64,000 nt of DNA from the human T2T-CHM13v2.0 reference genome, Homo sapiens, in NCBI RefSeq assembly GCF_009914755.1, contig NC_060925.1; one strand, written 5' to 3'. Shown here in pieces: positions 1 to 29,090 of the stretch; within the stretch, counting starts at the first letter, position 1, and every line of letters starts with the position of its first letter. A program made the translations under genes and the position numbers. Below the pieces are notes generated by a model, which saw only the letters and a list, made by a program, of their open reading frames with translations, searched no databases and was not told where the DNA came from.

Positions 1-508
1 AGCCACTGTGCCCAGTTGACCTTATTTTCCATAGGCACATGCTCCAGCATGACGTTTTCCAAAAGCCACTTGCTGGAAGTACAGATATTCCTCTGATGGC
101 TTTAGGCACTGGGAATACAGCAGTGACCAATTCCAATAAAGATCCTGCCCTCCCAGGGCTTCCATTCTAATGTGGGGAAGCAGTCATTGAACAAAACAGA
201 GAATGAACGGTGGGGTCTGGGAGGGAAGACCTCCATTGCAGAGAAAGGTTGCAACTGCAGGTGTGGATGTGGGCAGAGAAGATTTCACTGGGAAAGAAGC
301 ATTCAGGAGGCCAGCAGGTGCAAAGGCTCTGGGGCAGGAGTGTGCCTATTGTGTTGAGGCTACACAGGCAAGGGAGCTGGTGTGACTGGAGTGGAGTGAG
401 GAGAGAAGTGATGGGGAGGAGATGAAGAGGGAGAGGTAAGGGGTGCAGGGTGCAGGAGCTTTTACCTGTGGAATGCACTGAATGGAGGGGACATGACTTG
501 TCTTATTT

Positions 509-1433
<925 letters not shown>

Positions 1434-1498
1434 GACTTATCTTATTTTTTAATGGAATGCCGTGCTTGCTATGTCGAGAAGGAACGATGGTATGCTGT

Positions 1499-1517
1499 GC
1501 TTGCCCCCTGCTGGTAG
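1499..1517 (-). promoter_or_regulatory. Candidate CTCF motif
   Basis: Reverse complement reads taCCAGCAGGGGGCAag, matching the CCASYAGRKGGCR core. Confidence 0.45.
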
Positions 1518-1893
1518 CAGGGAGGTGGGTTGGCGACCACTGTGAAAATCCAAGGGAGAGGTGAGCACGGTTTGCTCAGGATGTTGGCAGGAAGGCAAGG
1601 TGGTCAAACATGGTTGCATTTGAGATCTATTTTGAAGGAGGAGCCATTAGGATTCACTGGTTGTTGGGTGTGGATTTACCCTAAGCTGCTGGAAGCCTGG
1701 AGTCATGGCCATTAATGGAGAGAAGAAGATGGATGGACCAATGGTGTGGGGAGCAGGTTGGAGTGTGCAGTTGGGAGCTATGTCCAGGACACATGGACAC
1801 AAGATGCTGTCAGCATCCTGGTGGAGGTGCTGCATAAGCAGTTGGCTCTCTGAATCTGGAGAGATCTGGCCTGGAGATAGAAATACGAGAGTC

Positions 1894-2332
<439 letters not shown>

Positions 2333-2393
2333 TCACATTTCACAGGGGGGAAAAAAAGTATTAATAGAAGCCCAGAGAGGGGAGGTTATTTAT

Positions 2394-3075
2394 TGCTCTA
2401 GATCAGGAGTCCCCAACCCCTGGGTTACAGAGCATTACCTGTCTGTGGCCTGTTAGGAACCTGGCCGCACAGCAGGAGGTGAGCGGTTGGCTCTAGCGAA
2501 GCTGAGCTCGTCCTCCTATCAGATCAACGGCAGCATTAGATTCTCACAGGAGCGTGAACCCTATTGTGAACTGCACATGTGAGGGATCTAGGTTGCTCAC
2601 TCCTTATGAGAATCTAATGATAAATGTCAAGCGCTTGAATCGTCCAGAAGCCATCCTTTCTTCCTCCCCCGACTCAGTCTGTGGAAAAATTATCCTCCAC
2701 GAAACCGGTTCCTGGTGCCAAAAACACTGGGGACCGCCGCTATATGTTTCGTCCCTGCAAAATTCGTATGTTGAAACGTACCCCACAATGTGACGGTATT
2801 AGAAGGTGTGGCTTTGGGAGATGATTATGTCACAGCCCTCATGAATGAGATCAGTGCCCTTATAAGAGAACTTTGCTGCTCCCAAGAGCTTGCTCACCCT
2901 TCTGCCATGTGAGGACACACAGAGGAAGCGCCATCTATCAACCAGAAGAGGGGCCCTTGGCAGACACCGAACCTACCAATGCCTTGATCTTGGACTTTTC
3001 AGCTGCCGGAACAGTGAGAAATAAATTTCTGTTGTCTATGGTATTTTGTTATAGCAGAGTCGATTATAACTGAGC
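2394..3075 (+). mobile_element. MaLR LTR (MLT1A/MST-like), with MER1 inserted ~10 bp into its 5' end
   Basis: aaaattcgtatgttgaaac, gcccttataagag, ccatgtgaggacaca, gccttgatcttggactt, gtgagaaataaatttctgttg, ggtattttgttatagcag. Confidence 0.85.
2404..2739 (+). mobile_element. MER1 (MER1A/B, hAT-Charlie) DNA transposon
   Basis: Termini caggagtccccaaccc...ggggaccgccg. Internal palindromic attagattctca/tgagaatctaat typical of MER1. Confidence 0.9.
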
Positions 3076-3179
3076 TGATTAAGATGCTGGTCCCAGGTCA
3101 CGTATCTGGGTGATGACAAAGTTAGGAATAAGACGTTGTTGGCAAGACCAGCACCCATTCCCACACCCAGTTTGTTATT

Positions 3180-4923
<1,744 letters not shown>

Positions 4924-4926
4924 AGG

Positions 4927-5071
4927 AGGTTGTTTAGCCGCATCCCTGGCTTCATACTAGATGCCGAAGCACCTACCTCTTCCAGTTACAAAAATAAAAA
5001 ATATTTCCTGGACATTGACAGATGTTCCCTGGGGGCCAAATCACCATCCCTCTCCCAGTTAAGAATCACTG
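4927..5071 (-). mobile_element. MER20 fragment (hAT-Charlie)
   Basis: gcatccctggc...ctagatgcc...gacattgacagatgttccctggggg...agttaagaatcactg. Confidence 0.75.
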
Positions 5072-5904
5072 AGTTACTGGAAAGAATTGTTTTCAGCTGT
5101 GGTGGTCAGAGCTGGGGTGCTGGCATGGGGCCTGTATAGGGGAAGGTGGCCAGAACCAGATGTGTAGCTTTGATTGTAACACTCAAGCCGACTTTACAGC
5201 CATGTGTGTTTTATATCTCCATGGGGCCTCAGAGACTGACTTCTTCACCCTACCGCATTTGTAAACTGTCCTGGGGATGGGGGAGGATTCTGAGGAGAGC
5301 ATTTCCAGGCTCGCTTGCGTACAGTGAAAAGTGATGACAGTAAGTGATGTCTTGGTTAATGAAGAAAGGTCTCATTCTATGGAGGGAAAGAGAAGGGTGA
5401 ATCTGGGATTGGATCCTGTCCCAGGTCTACATGACTGTGTGACCTCAGGCAAGTGACTTGGTTTCTCTGGGTTAGGAGGATCAAATGTACCCAGAGATGG
5501 GAAGGTGCCTAGTAGAGTGTATGGCCTGCAATTGGCCTGCCTAGTAAATGCAAATTCGTCATTGCTACCCTGGACCATGATTCTGGGCACAATTGCAGCA
5601 AAAGTTTCCTAATAGCCTCATGATGTTGAGCTTTCTGGAAAAACAAAACCAAATGTGAAGATCATCTGTCCACCCAGTGGTCAGGTGGTGTTTGTTTCCA
5701 GAAAGTACAAAAATCAAAAGGTTAGAAGGGAGTCTGAGAGGTCATTTAATAGCTTTTTGCTTTGTGCTGAACTGGCTCAAATGTTCTTAGAAAATTTGAT
5801 GTTTCTCCTGGGGTTGATTTAAAGAAAAACACAAACGTACAGATGTACACACACATGTTGGCTTTTGCAGAAAGGAGGTTTAACTACTAAATTCTGTGGG
5901 TTTT

Positions 5905-6504
<600 letters not shown>

Positions 6505-6510
6505 TAGTGC

Positions 6511-9510
<3,000 letters not shown>

Positions 9511-9559
9511 ACAATGAAAGGTGGATTGGGTGAATTAGGCAGCACACCCACACATAAAG

Positions 9560-10380
9560 TCATAATTTTTCTATTAGCTCCCTTCCCTAACTCTTTTCCT
9601 TCCCCTCTGCTCACTCTGATCCAGCCACACCTGCCCCCTTGCTGTTCCTTGGTCTGTCTCACCTTCTGTGTTCAGAGCCTTTGCCCTCTCTGTTCCTTTT
9701 GCCTGGAAGGCACTTCCCCCTGAAATTCCTTGGCTCATCAGAGCCCTCATTTACATTTCACTTCTGTGGGTTTTCTTTTTTCTTTTTTTTGAGATGGGGT
9801 TTTGCTCTGTCACCCAGGCTGGTGTGCAGTGGCACCATCACAGCTCACTTCAGCCTTGATGTCCGGGGCTTAAGGGATTCTCCCACCTCAGCTTTTCAAG
9901 TAGCTGGGATCACAGGTGTGTGCTATCATGCCTGGCTAATTTTTTAATTTTTTTTTGTAGAGTGGGGGTCTTTCTATGTTGCTCAGTCTGGTCTCAAACT
10001 CCTTGGCTCAAGCGCTCCTCCCTCCTTGGCCTCCCAAAGAGTTGGGATTACAGGCATGAGCCACCGCATCTGGCTCTTGGGTTTTCTTGATATCATGATC
10101 AGGGTGGCCTGTGACAACTACCCTGGCCAATGAGGCCTAAATTGTTTTGGTCCCAGAGACTTGAACTGAATCAGGCTACCTTTCATTCAATGCAGATCAC
10201 CTCCTCCAGGAAGCCCTCTCAGACTGCCAGGCTAGGTCAGGTGTTTCTCCCCAGCACTCTGCTGATAACCCTTTCAAAATGGTTCATTTCCTCTGAGGGG
10301 ATAAGAGAGGGGTGATGACTCATCCATTTCAGCATCCCCAGTGCCAGGCAAGGCCCAGAGGAGGTGCTCAAGAACCTGCT
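9560..10380 (+). mobile_element. L2 fragments, interrupted by an AluJ-like element (9770-10075)
   Basis: ccagccacac...gctgttcct, ttccttttgcctggaa, cacctcctccaggaagccct, atccccagtgccaggca...ggtgctcaag. Confidence 0.65.
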
Positions 10381-10436
10381 CTAGGCCAGAAGCAAAGGGA
10401 GGAAAGGAAGGCTCCTTTTGCTGGTCTTTTCCCTGC

Positions 10437-10454
10437 TGCCAGCAGAGGGCGCCT
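10437..10454 (+). promoter_or_regulatory. Candidate CTCF motif (strong)
   Basis: tgCCAGCAGAGGGCGCct, with the CpG retained in non-repeat sequence. Confidence 0.6.
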
Positions 10455-10559
10455 CCGCACCACGATTCTGCCCAGGTGGGTCCAGCCTCCAGTGGGGCCA
10501 CAGCCAACCTCCTTGTCCTCAGGAGGCTTCAGGACAGAGGGGAGACCTCCTTTGTTCTC

Positions 10560-12392
<1,833 letters not shown>

Positions 12393-12420
12393 TCACCTTT
12401 GCCTCTCCCTTCTTCCCTGA

Positions 12421-13248
<828 letters not shown>

Positions 13249-13299
13249 TGAAGTGTTAGGGTTACAGGTGTGAGCTGCCGCACCCAGCCGTGTTTCTTC

Positions 13300-17372
<4,073 letters not shown>

Positions 17373-17526
17373 AAGTTTCCCTGTTTCTTTTGGTTTTCAT
17401 TTTTGAAGCCTCCCGTGGCATGTAGGACTTATATTAAACACATCACTATGCTTTTCTCTTAATTTGTTTTTTGTTACAGGTGGCTCAGCCAAGAACCTAG
17501 TGATGGGTGAGGAAAAGAAATCTTCT

Positions 17527-17750
<224 letters not shown>

Positions 17751-17863
17751 AACAAAGAAATCTTTTATCTCCTGCAGGGTTTCTATGTGATTTTTACTTG
17801 AGCAATACAAGAGTATATTGTCCAGGTGAGCACCCTGAGACTAATGGTGAGGGTTGACCCTGA

Positions 17864-18142
<279 letters not shown>

Positions 18143-18497
18143 TGATCCTCCTGCCTCAGCCTCCCAAAGTGCTGGGATTACAGGCGTGAGCCACCGCACC
18201 TGGCTATGTTTCTGTTTCTGATTGGGGAGGTGGAGCTACTGACCTCTGGATGGAGGAAAAGATGCTCTGTGGCCACCACCAGGCTCTAACCTTTTATTTC
18301 ATTGATTCCTCGGAGCCAGGATGAGAGGTAGCATCATAATCCTGATTAGTGGACAAGAAAACTGAGGCTCCAGAACACTGAGTGACTGGTTCAAGGTCCA
18401 CACCTGCAAGCCCAGAGGCTGCCTATGGGGCGGGGTAAGGGGCACAGGATCATGCCCTTCATACAGTCCCCGCAGTCCTGGAGGTGCTGCTCAGTGC

Positions 18498-18516
18498 ACG
18501 ACGCCAGGGGGCGCCA
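18498..18516 (+). promoter_or_regulatory. Candidate CTCF motif in a small CpG-retaining patch
   Basis: acgaCGCCAGGGGGCGCca; about 10 CpGs within 18430-18605. Confidence 0.55.
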
Positions 18517-19014
18517 TGCGCATCGAAGAACCCTCTGTGGTTTCCCAGTCCTTGGGGCTGCAGCTGCTGCCTTCTTCGACCGATTTCTGCGGAGATGGTT
18601 TCGTGAGGACAGCATTATAAATGGGAATGATCCATGATACTCATGACTGGGCCCTTGGGGACTGGGCCCCTGCCAAGCCATGTGATCCAAGGCCTCCTCG
18701 TACTTGCTTTCCTTTCTGTGATGTCTTGCCTGTGCCCCAGCTGCCTGTGCTGTGAATTTAATTCCTGCAATAGGAATCTCATAAATGCATGGGTGGCCAG
18801 GCAAATAGGTATAAATAAGTAAAAAAGTTGTGCCTCTGAAGCTCTCCGTGGGGTAACTCATCCTCAGAAGAATGTTTATGGGCCTGAGCTGGAAAGGGAA
18901 GAAGTGCAAGTTCCATCCTCAACAAGGTGCCTGTTGGCAATTTGAGCTGGAAGTAGGGTCAGGATGACATAATAGTGAAGTGACGGGTCTGTGTTCCAGT
19001 CCTGAGCCAACCAC

Positions 19015-19457
19015 TGTGTGCGTGTCAAAAATAGCCACCATGCTTCATTTCTCCCATTGTTGAGGCATATTTTTCCACTTCTTTTGGACCAATACGAAGT
19101 GATGGAAGTGAGGACTTGTGGCTTCCAAGCCAGGCCCTCAAGAGGTCTTGCCCACTTCCACATTCTCTCTCTCGGACCTTGGTGTGATATGAGCCTGGGT
19201 TAGAGTGCAGGGGGATGAGAGACCATGAGGAGGAGAGTGTCCCAAGCAAGGCCATCCTAGACCAGCCTGTCCCCATCAGGCCTGCCAGCTGACAGCAGAC
19301 TCCTGAGAAAGCCAAGTCCAGTTGAGTTCAACCTAGCTCAACCCTGGCCAGCAAAACCACACGGCGAACCTGCAGATCCTGAACTGTAATAGAGGCTTAT
19401 CATTTTATAAGTCATTCCATTTAGATTAGTTTATTATGCAGCAACAATTAACTGATA
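19015..19457 (+). mobile_element. MLT1 (H-like) MaLR LTR
   Basis: ttccaagccaggccctcaagagg, ggatgagagacca, aaggccatcctagaccagcc, ttattatgcagcaacaattaactgata. Confidence 0.7.
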
Positions 19458-19504
19458 TGGCCAATTATAGTGAAATGGTCATGGTCCATTTGCATACTCT
19501 GTGA

Positions 19505-19818
<314 letters not shown>

Positions 19819-19969
19819 CGCCTCAATTTCTTTATCTGTGAAACAGGTAACGCTATATGATAGTAGTCTCTGTCCCAGAGAAGCAATATGAGGAATAAAT
19901 TAAATGTTCATAAGATTCTTCTCACAGTGTCTGACATGGAGAATATCAGCTGGAACGGGCCTGGTGGTG

Positions 19970-21502
<1,533 letters not shown>

Positions 21503-22924
21503 TGAGCAGTGAATGAGTGTTAGGTATTGCTTTCTGCTTGAGTCCTCAAGTTGGGAGAGTAGTAAAGTGAAAATAAAAAGAAGCAATATTGTTTTGTTTT
21601 GTCTTTTTGAGACAGGGTCTCACTTTGTCACCCAGCCTGGAGTGCAGTGGTGTGATCTTGGCTCACTGAAGCCTCCGCCTCCCAGGTTCCAGTAATTCTC
21701 CTGCCTCAGCTTCCCGGGTAGCTGGGATTACAGGTGCCCTCTACCATGCCCAGCTAATTTTTGTATTTTTGGTAGAGATGGGTTTCACCATGTTGCCCAG
21801 GGTGATCTCGAACTCCTGAGCTCAAGCAATACACCCACCTCAGCCTCCTAAAGTGCTGGGATTTCAGGCATGAGCCACTGCGCCCAGCTGGAAGCAATGG
21901 TAATAGAAATCACAATAGCATAATAGCGGCTCCACGTATTGAGTACCTACTGTATGCCAGCACAGGGACAGGCCTTTTATCTGTGTCATTGAATCCTTAC
22001 AAGAACCCTGTTAGATCAATCTTATTATCCCCCTTTTAAAGCAGGATGAGGCTCAGAGAGTGTAAGGGACCTGCCTGGCATTGCCAGGTTTGTGGCAGAG
22101 CCAGGATTTGGATCCAGGACTCTATTTTTTTTTGAGACGGAGTTTTGCTCTTGTTGCCCAGACTGGAGTGCAATGGCCCGATCTCGTCTTAACCACACCT
22201 TCCGCCTCCTGGGTTCAAGCGATTATCCTGCCTAAGCCTCCCGAGTAGCTGGGATTACAGGCATGCGCCACCATGCTTGGCTAATTTTGTATTTTTAGTA
22301 GGGACAGGGTTTCTCCATGTTGGTCAGGCTGGTCTCGAACTCCTGACCTCAGGTGATCTGCCTGCCTCGGCCTCCCAAAGTGCTGGGATTATAGGTGTGA
22401 GCCACTGCGCCCGGCTGTGACCCCTTTTTAATGCTCCCCAAAGGCTGACCAAGGTGTCCCAGAGATTAGGCAAGGAGCCAGACCAGGCTGTCCATCGACT
22501 GAACTGGTCCATCTGGACTCCTGTCAGTTATGATCAGGAATCAGCAAAGAATAGGTCAAGTACAGTGGCTCATGCCTGTAATCCCAGCACTTTGGGAGGC
22601 TGAGGTGGGAGAATTCCCTGAGGCCAGGGGTTCAAGACCAGCTTGGGCAAAATAGTGAGACCGCCATCTCTGAAAAGAAAAGAAATCAGCCAAGAACTGT
22701 CTGGTTTTGCGCCTTCACTCCCCCGATCCTTCCAGTTTTGTGCTATAAATTCCTTTGAGGAATTCCAGTGTAGGCTGAGGTAGCCAAGAGGCACAGGGCC
22801 TCCTTAGCCCCATCAGACTGACGGTGGCTCCTCACCTCACACAGCCGTTCATAACAATAGTCTGTGTTGACTGCACCGGCACCGTCTACCCACACTATGC
22901 CAAGGGCTTTGTGAGCATTTTCTT

Positions 22925-23069
22925 TTTCTTTTTTTTTTTTAAATTGATAACAATTTAACTTTATTTTTTATTTATTTATTTTTTTCCACTTTTTTTTTAT
23001 TATTATTATACTTTAAGTTTTAGGGTACATGTGCACAATGTACAGGTTAGTTACATATGTATACATATG
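22925..23069 (-). mobile_element. Ultra-truncated young L1PA (L1PA2/3-like) 3' stub with an extra 3' segment, inside a MIR
   Basis: ttattatactttaagttttagggtacatgtgcacaatgtacaggttagttacatatgtatacat; two T tracts; TSD ttttctt at 22918-22924 and 23070-23076. Confidence 0.85.
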
Positions 23070-23421
23070 TTTTCTTATTGAAAGCTCCCCAAACCCTCTG
23101 TTATTATCCCCATGTTATACAAGTGGGAACACATGCACAGAGAGGTACATGTCCTGTCCAAGGTCCTACAGCTGGTAAGGAACCAGAATTGGAACTCAGG
23201 CAGCCTCACCCCACGTCTTCACCTCTAACCTTAAGCTATAAAGGGTTCTTACATTCTTGAGCTCTTGAACTCATCTGATCTCCCCTAGGCACCTTCCACC
23301 ACATGCACACACACACACACTCAAGCAGTTATTATGACTCCAACTCTACAAACATGGTATCCGAGGCTCTGGGACATGTTCAAGGTCACAGACTGGTCAA
23401 CTGGTTCAAATCCAGTGTCCT

Positions 23422-23808
23422 GGCTGGGTGCCATGGCTCACACCTGTAATCCCAGAACTTTGGGAGGCCAAGGCAGCGGATCACTTGAGGTCAGGAGTTT
23501 GAGACCAGCCTGGCCAGCATGGTGAAACCCTGTCTGTACTAAAAATACAAAAATTAGCCAGGTGTGGTGGTGGGCGCCTGTAGTCACTACCACCTGCAAC
23601 TTCTGGGCTGAAGCCATCTTCTCTCAATCTCCCGATTAGCTGGGACTACAGGCATACACCACCACGCCAGGCTAATTTTTTAATTTTTAGTAGAGACAGG
23701 GTTTCACCATGTTGGCCAGGCTAGTCTGGAACTCCTGACCTCAAGTGATCCTCTTGCCTCGGCCTCCTAAAGGGCTGGGATTACAGGTGTGAGCCACTGT
23801 GCCCGGCC
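23422..23808. mobile_element. Fused inverted Alu pair lacking both tails
   Basis: A + strand Alu (23422-23585) is joined almost directly to a - strand Alu ending at 23808. Confidence 0.9.
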
Positions 23809-24552
23809 AGATCATGTCTTTTTGACTCTGGCAAGGCACTGTCCCACTGTGGGCCTCGGCATCCTCATCTGGAACATGGGTGTGCCAATGGCACCCACCT
23901 CAGGAGCTTGTTGGGAGGTAGAAAGGCTTATGAAAGCACCTGGCACTTGGTAGGTGGTTAATGACAGCTTCTTGCCTTCCTGCTTTGCTGCGGGTGCCCC
24001 CTGAACCCAGGGAAGTAAGTTTATGAGCCACTGGTCCTCATGGATCTGCTGGGAGGTTGGGGAGAGAGCCGTGGATGGTTGCCTTGTCCATCACAGCTCC
24101 TGGGTGCAGTTCCAGGAGCAGCCTCCGGTGGTTACATAGGCAAGGGGAGACAGGTCTCTGGAGATGCTTCCATCTGTACAGAATGGACTGATCTCAGGGC
24201 CTCTGCCCTGGGCCTCCTGATGTGCTGTGGGAGGCCATGCTGGGCTGCAGGTGGGCGTTGGGGCCTGGCGCACAGGAGACACTGCTCTCTGGGAAAAAGG
24301 AATGTGACTGGTGACATGCCACAGGGACAACAGCAGCAGCCCCTTCTAGGCACAGGCAGCTACTGGGCACCAAACACTCCATCCTCTGCTCCTCGTGGCC
24401 TTTGTTCACGGTGACCCTTTCCCACCTATTTTGGGATGCAGAGGTTGAGGCCGCACAGGCTTTCTAGCTGACTTGCTGCTCCTCCCTGCTCTGCTCCACG
24501 TGAGTTCCATGTTCAGCTCATCCTAACATGGGCCCCTGAGCACCTGTCCTGA

Positions 24553-24672
<120 letters not shown>

Positions 24673-25043
24673 TGAGTAGCTGAGAGCACAGGTGTGCACC
24701 ACCATGCCTGGCTAGTTTTTGTATTTTTAGTAGAGATGGGGTTTCACCATGTTGGCCAGGCTGGTCTTGAACTCCTGAACTCAAGTGATCTGCCTGCCTC
24801 AGCCTCCAAAAGTGCTAGGATTACAGGTGTGAGCCACTGTGCCCAGCCCTGTCCTGCCCTCTTTCCTGCCCCTTTGCCTCCCAGCACCAAGCCCCATGGC
24901 TGCCCATCCACCCCGGCTCGCACCCCATCCTTCTCCTCTCCCATCCCTTCCTCCCCCTACCTCTCCATGCCCTCCTCCCCCCAGTCATGGAAGGTGCCAG
25001 CCCCAATGAGCAATGACTTCCACAGTTGTCCTTGGCTGGCTGA

Positions 25044-25367
<324 letters not shown>

Positions 25368-26969
25368 TGATCCGTCTGCCTCGGTCTCCCAAAGTGCTAG
25401 GATTACAGGTGTGAGCCACTGTGCCCTGCCAGAAATCACTTAACTTTAAAAAGTTCCTTCCTCCCTGATTTCACCGGTGATCCTGAGGCCTAATGACTTA
25501 CAAACAGGAAGTCTTTGAGGAAGCTGCTGCATTCAGTGTTGAAAGCCTGGGAACTCACTGGCTTCAGAGGGGCAGGGGAGAGGGGAAAGTGAGGCCTCTC
25601 CTGAGGCTTGTGGGGCCTCTGGAAGGGACCGATTTTCAGTGAATCAGCCTTTACGTTTCCCAGGACTCGGGGCAGCCTTGCCTTTGGTGCAGTCCAGGTG
25701 CCTGATGTCAGGGCGGAGCACTGCATGACTCTGGGGGCACCGTCCCCAGGCTGTGAAGGCACCTCTCGAGTTGTACGATGTGGTAAGACTAAGGCTCTGT
25801 CACCTCCAACTGCCAGTGCTGGCCTGGCCTGTGTGGGCTTTGCCTACCAACGAGGAGGAGAAAGGGCCCTCCATGGCCTACCTTGCCCTACCTGTGCCAT
25901 GCACCTGACTGCCTGCCTTGGTTTCCCTGGGCTGGGCCCTATACTCTGCCCATCTCTTGCAGTAGGAGGGGCCCCATAGGGATCCTCCTTCCCTGGCCAA
26001 GGCAACTGGAGGGATATCTCCACATTGCGGTGGCATCAGCCCCTGACACTGAGGAATGCGGCTGCCTGGATGCTGCTCTCAGGACTCCAACTTGGGACAG
26101 CCGCTGATGGGCTGACATTTGCCCAAACTGGGCCCAAATTAGAAGAAGAAGGAAGAAGAAGCTCCACATCCCAACTCTGCCTCTTTCTCTCTTTGTGATG
26201 ATTGGACAAGACGCTTAAATCTCTTTGAATCTCAATGTTCTCATCTACAAAATGGGGATAATGGCCAGGCACGGTGGTTCACACCAGTAATCCTAGCTCT
26301 TTGGAAGGCAGAGGCAGGAGAATCACTTGAGCCCAGGATTTTGAGACCAGCCTGGGCAACACAGTGAGACCCCACCTCTAAAAAATGGGGATAATAATAA
26401 ACCTATTACAAATAGGTGGGGTGAATCTTGGCGGAACCAGGTAAGGTGGCTCAGTGGTGGGGATGGAGCAGGTACCCAGAAAATGCCAGCTGTCAAATTC
26501 TTTTTTTTTTTTTTTGAGACATAGTCTTGCTCTGTTGCCCAGGCTGGAATGCAGTGGCACGATCTCGGTTCACTGCATCCTCCAGCTCCTGGGTTCAAGT
26601 GATTCTTCTGCCTCAGCCTCACCAAGTAGCTGGGATGACAGGTGTGAGCTGCCGTGCCTGTCCTTAGCTGCCAAATTCTCTTCCCCTCAGAGCCCTAGCC
26701 GTTTAGGTAAGGCTTCCCCACTTCTGTTCCACCTAGACCTTACCTACTCCTGCCCCTCAACTCAGGACAGTCTAGCATAGATGAGGCAGCTGAAATCCTG
26801 AGCACCAAGGCGAGAGTTTAATCTCTCCTCTGCATTTTTGATGAATTGATTTGGTGCAGTGGAGGTTTTCAGTAGATCTGTTTAAATGACAGATAAGAAG
26901 CATTTGCTGTTATCCTGGCCATCGTGAGTGCACATGGGGCTTCCACGGTGTTCACTTTTGCTTTCTTAA

Positions 26970-27170
26970 ATTTATTCATTTCTTCAATACATGCTTATCA
27001 GCCCCCTACTATGCGCTCAACACTGGGTTAGGCAGTAGGTACACCAGTGAATCAGGCTGGCAGAGTCTGATTTCCACGGACTTTATGACCCAGTTGAGGG
27101 CATAGATAAAATCTAAGCCAAGAGATATATCACCTCATTAGTGATTGCAGTAAATGCTTTGGAAGAAACA
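26970..27170 (-). mobile_element. L2 3' fragment
   Basis: tttattcatttcttcaatacatgcttatcagccccctactatgcgctcaacactgggttaggc. Confidence 0.7.
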
Positions 27171-28133
27171 AACTAATTTGCTTATTAAAACTTAAAGGAT
27201 ACAAAGGTAAGTTCCAGCCCCATGAAATCTGAAGGTTTTTTTAGGATAATAGAATAAAAAACCATAAGTGCCCCCATGGTCCCTGCATAATGAATGGCCT
27301 GCTAAGCCTACAGTCTAAGTGCTTTATACAAATGAGCTCATTTACTCCTTACACCAGCCTTTATAGTTGAGTGTCTTTATCCCCATTTTACAGACGGGCA
27401 TATGGAGGTCAAAGGGTCAAGTGGCTTTCCCAAAGTCACAGGGCTTGCTGATGAAGCTGGATTCAAACTTGGGTTTGTTTGATCCCTCCCTGTTGTAATT
27501 ACAGGCCTACAGTATTTGTTGCTGCGTCTCCATCTCAGTTGGGAGCTCTTGAGGATGTGTGGCTGGAGGCTTGGGAGAGAGCAACTCAGGAAGGGGCAAG
27601 TAGATCACATCCCCTCACCTAGGGTGAGGACCTCCCATCTGAGCTAGAAGTTGCTAAAGTCAAGGCCCAACCCAGCAATTTGTCCCACAGCGAAAGGGAG
27701 CAAATGGCATCTGTCTCTAAGAGGTTGACCCTGAAAATGGGCATCTGGCCTCAACCTTGTTTGCAAAAGTGGGATGAGGATGAGGGGTGCGGATAAGAGT
27801 TCCCGTTCTGCATTCATGCAGCATGCGAGGCCCACTTTGTCATGTGGCCATGACTTCTTACACTGTCAAGGCTGCGGGCAGGTGGCTTAGGAGGTTGGGA
27901 GCCAATTGGAGAACCTTGAGCCCAGAATCTGGACTCCCTGTTTCTGGTACCACCTGCCACTGGCTGCCTCAATCCATTTCTCCCCTTGGTTAAGAGCCTG
28001 GGCCCTGGAAATTAAAGAACCTAGATTTAAATACCAGTACTCTCACTTAATAGCTGTATGACTTGTCAAATTATTTAACCTCTGTTAGCCTCAGTTTCCT
28101 CATCTTTCATTTTTCATTTTTAAATTAAAAAAA

Positions 28134-29090
<957 letters not shown>

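Noticed and set aside
18391-18909. 172-aa minus-strand ORF, possible pseudogene
   Set aside because: No recognisable homology in the frames I examined, no poly(A) or TSD; better explained as a regulatory patch.
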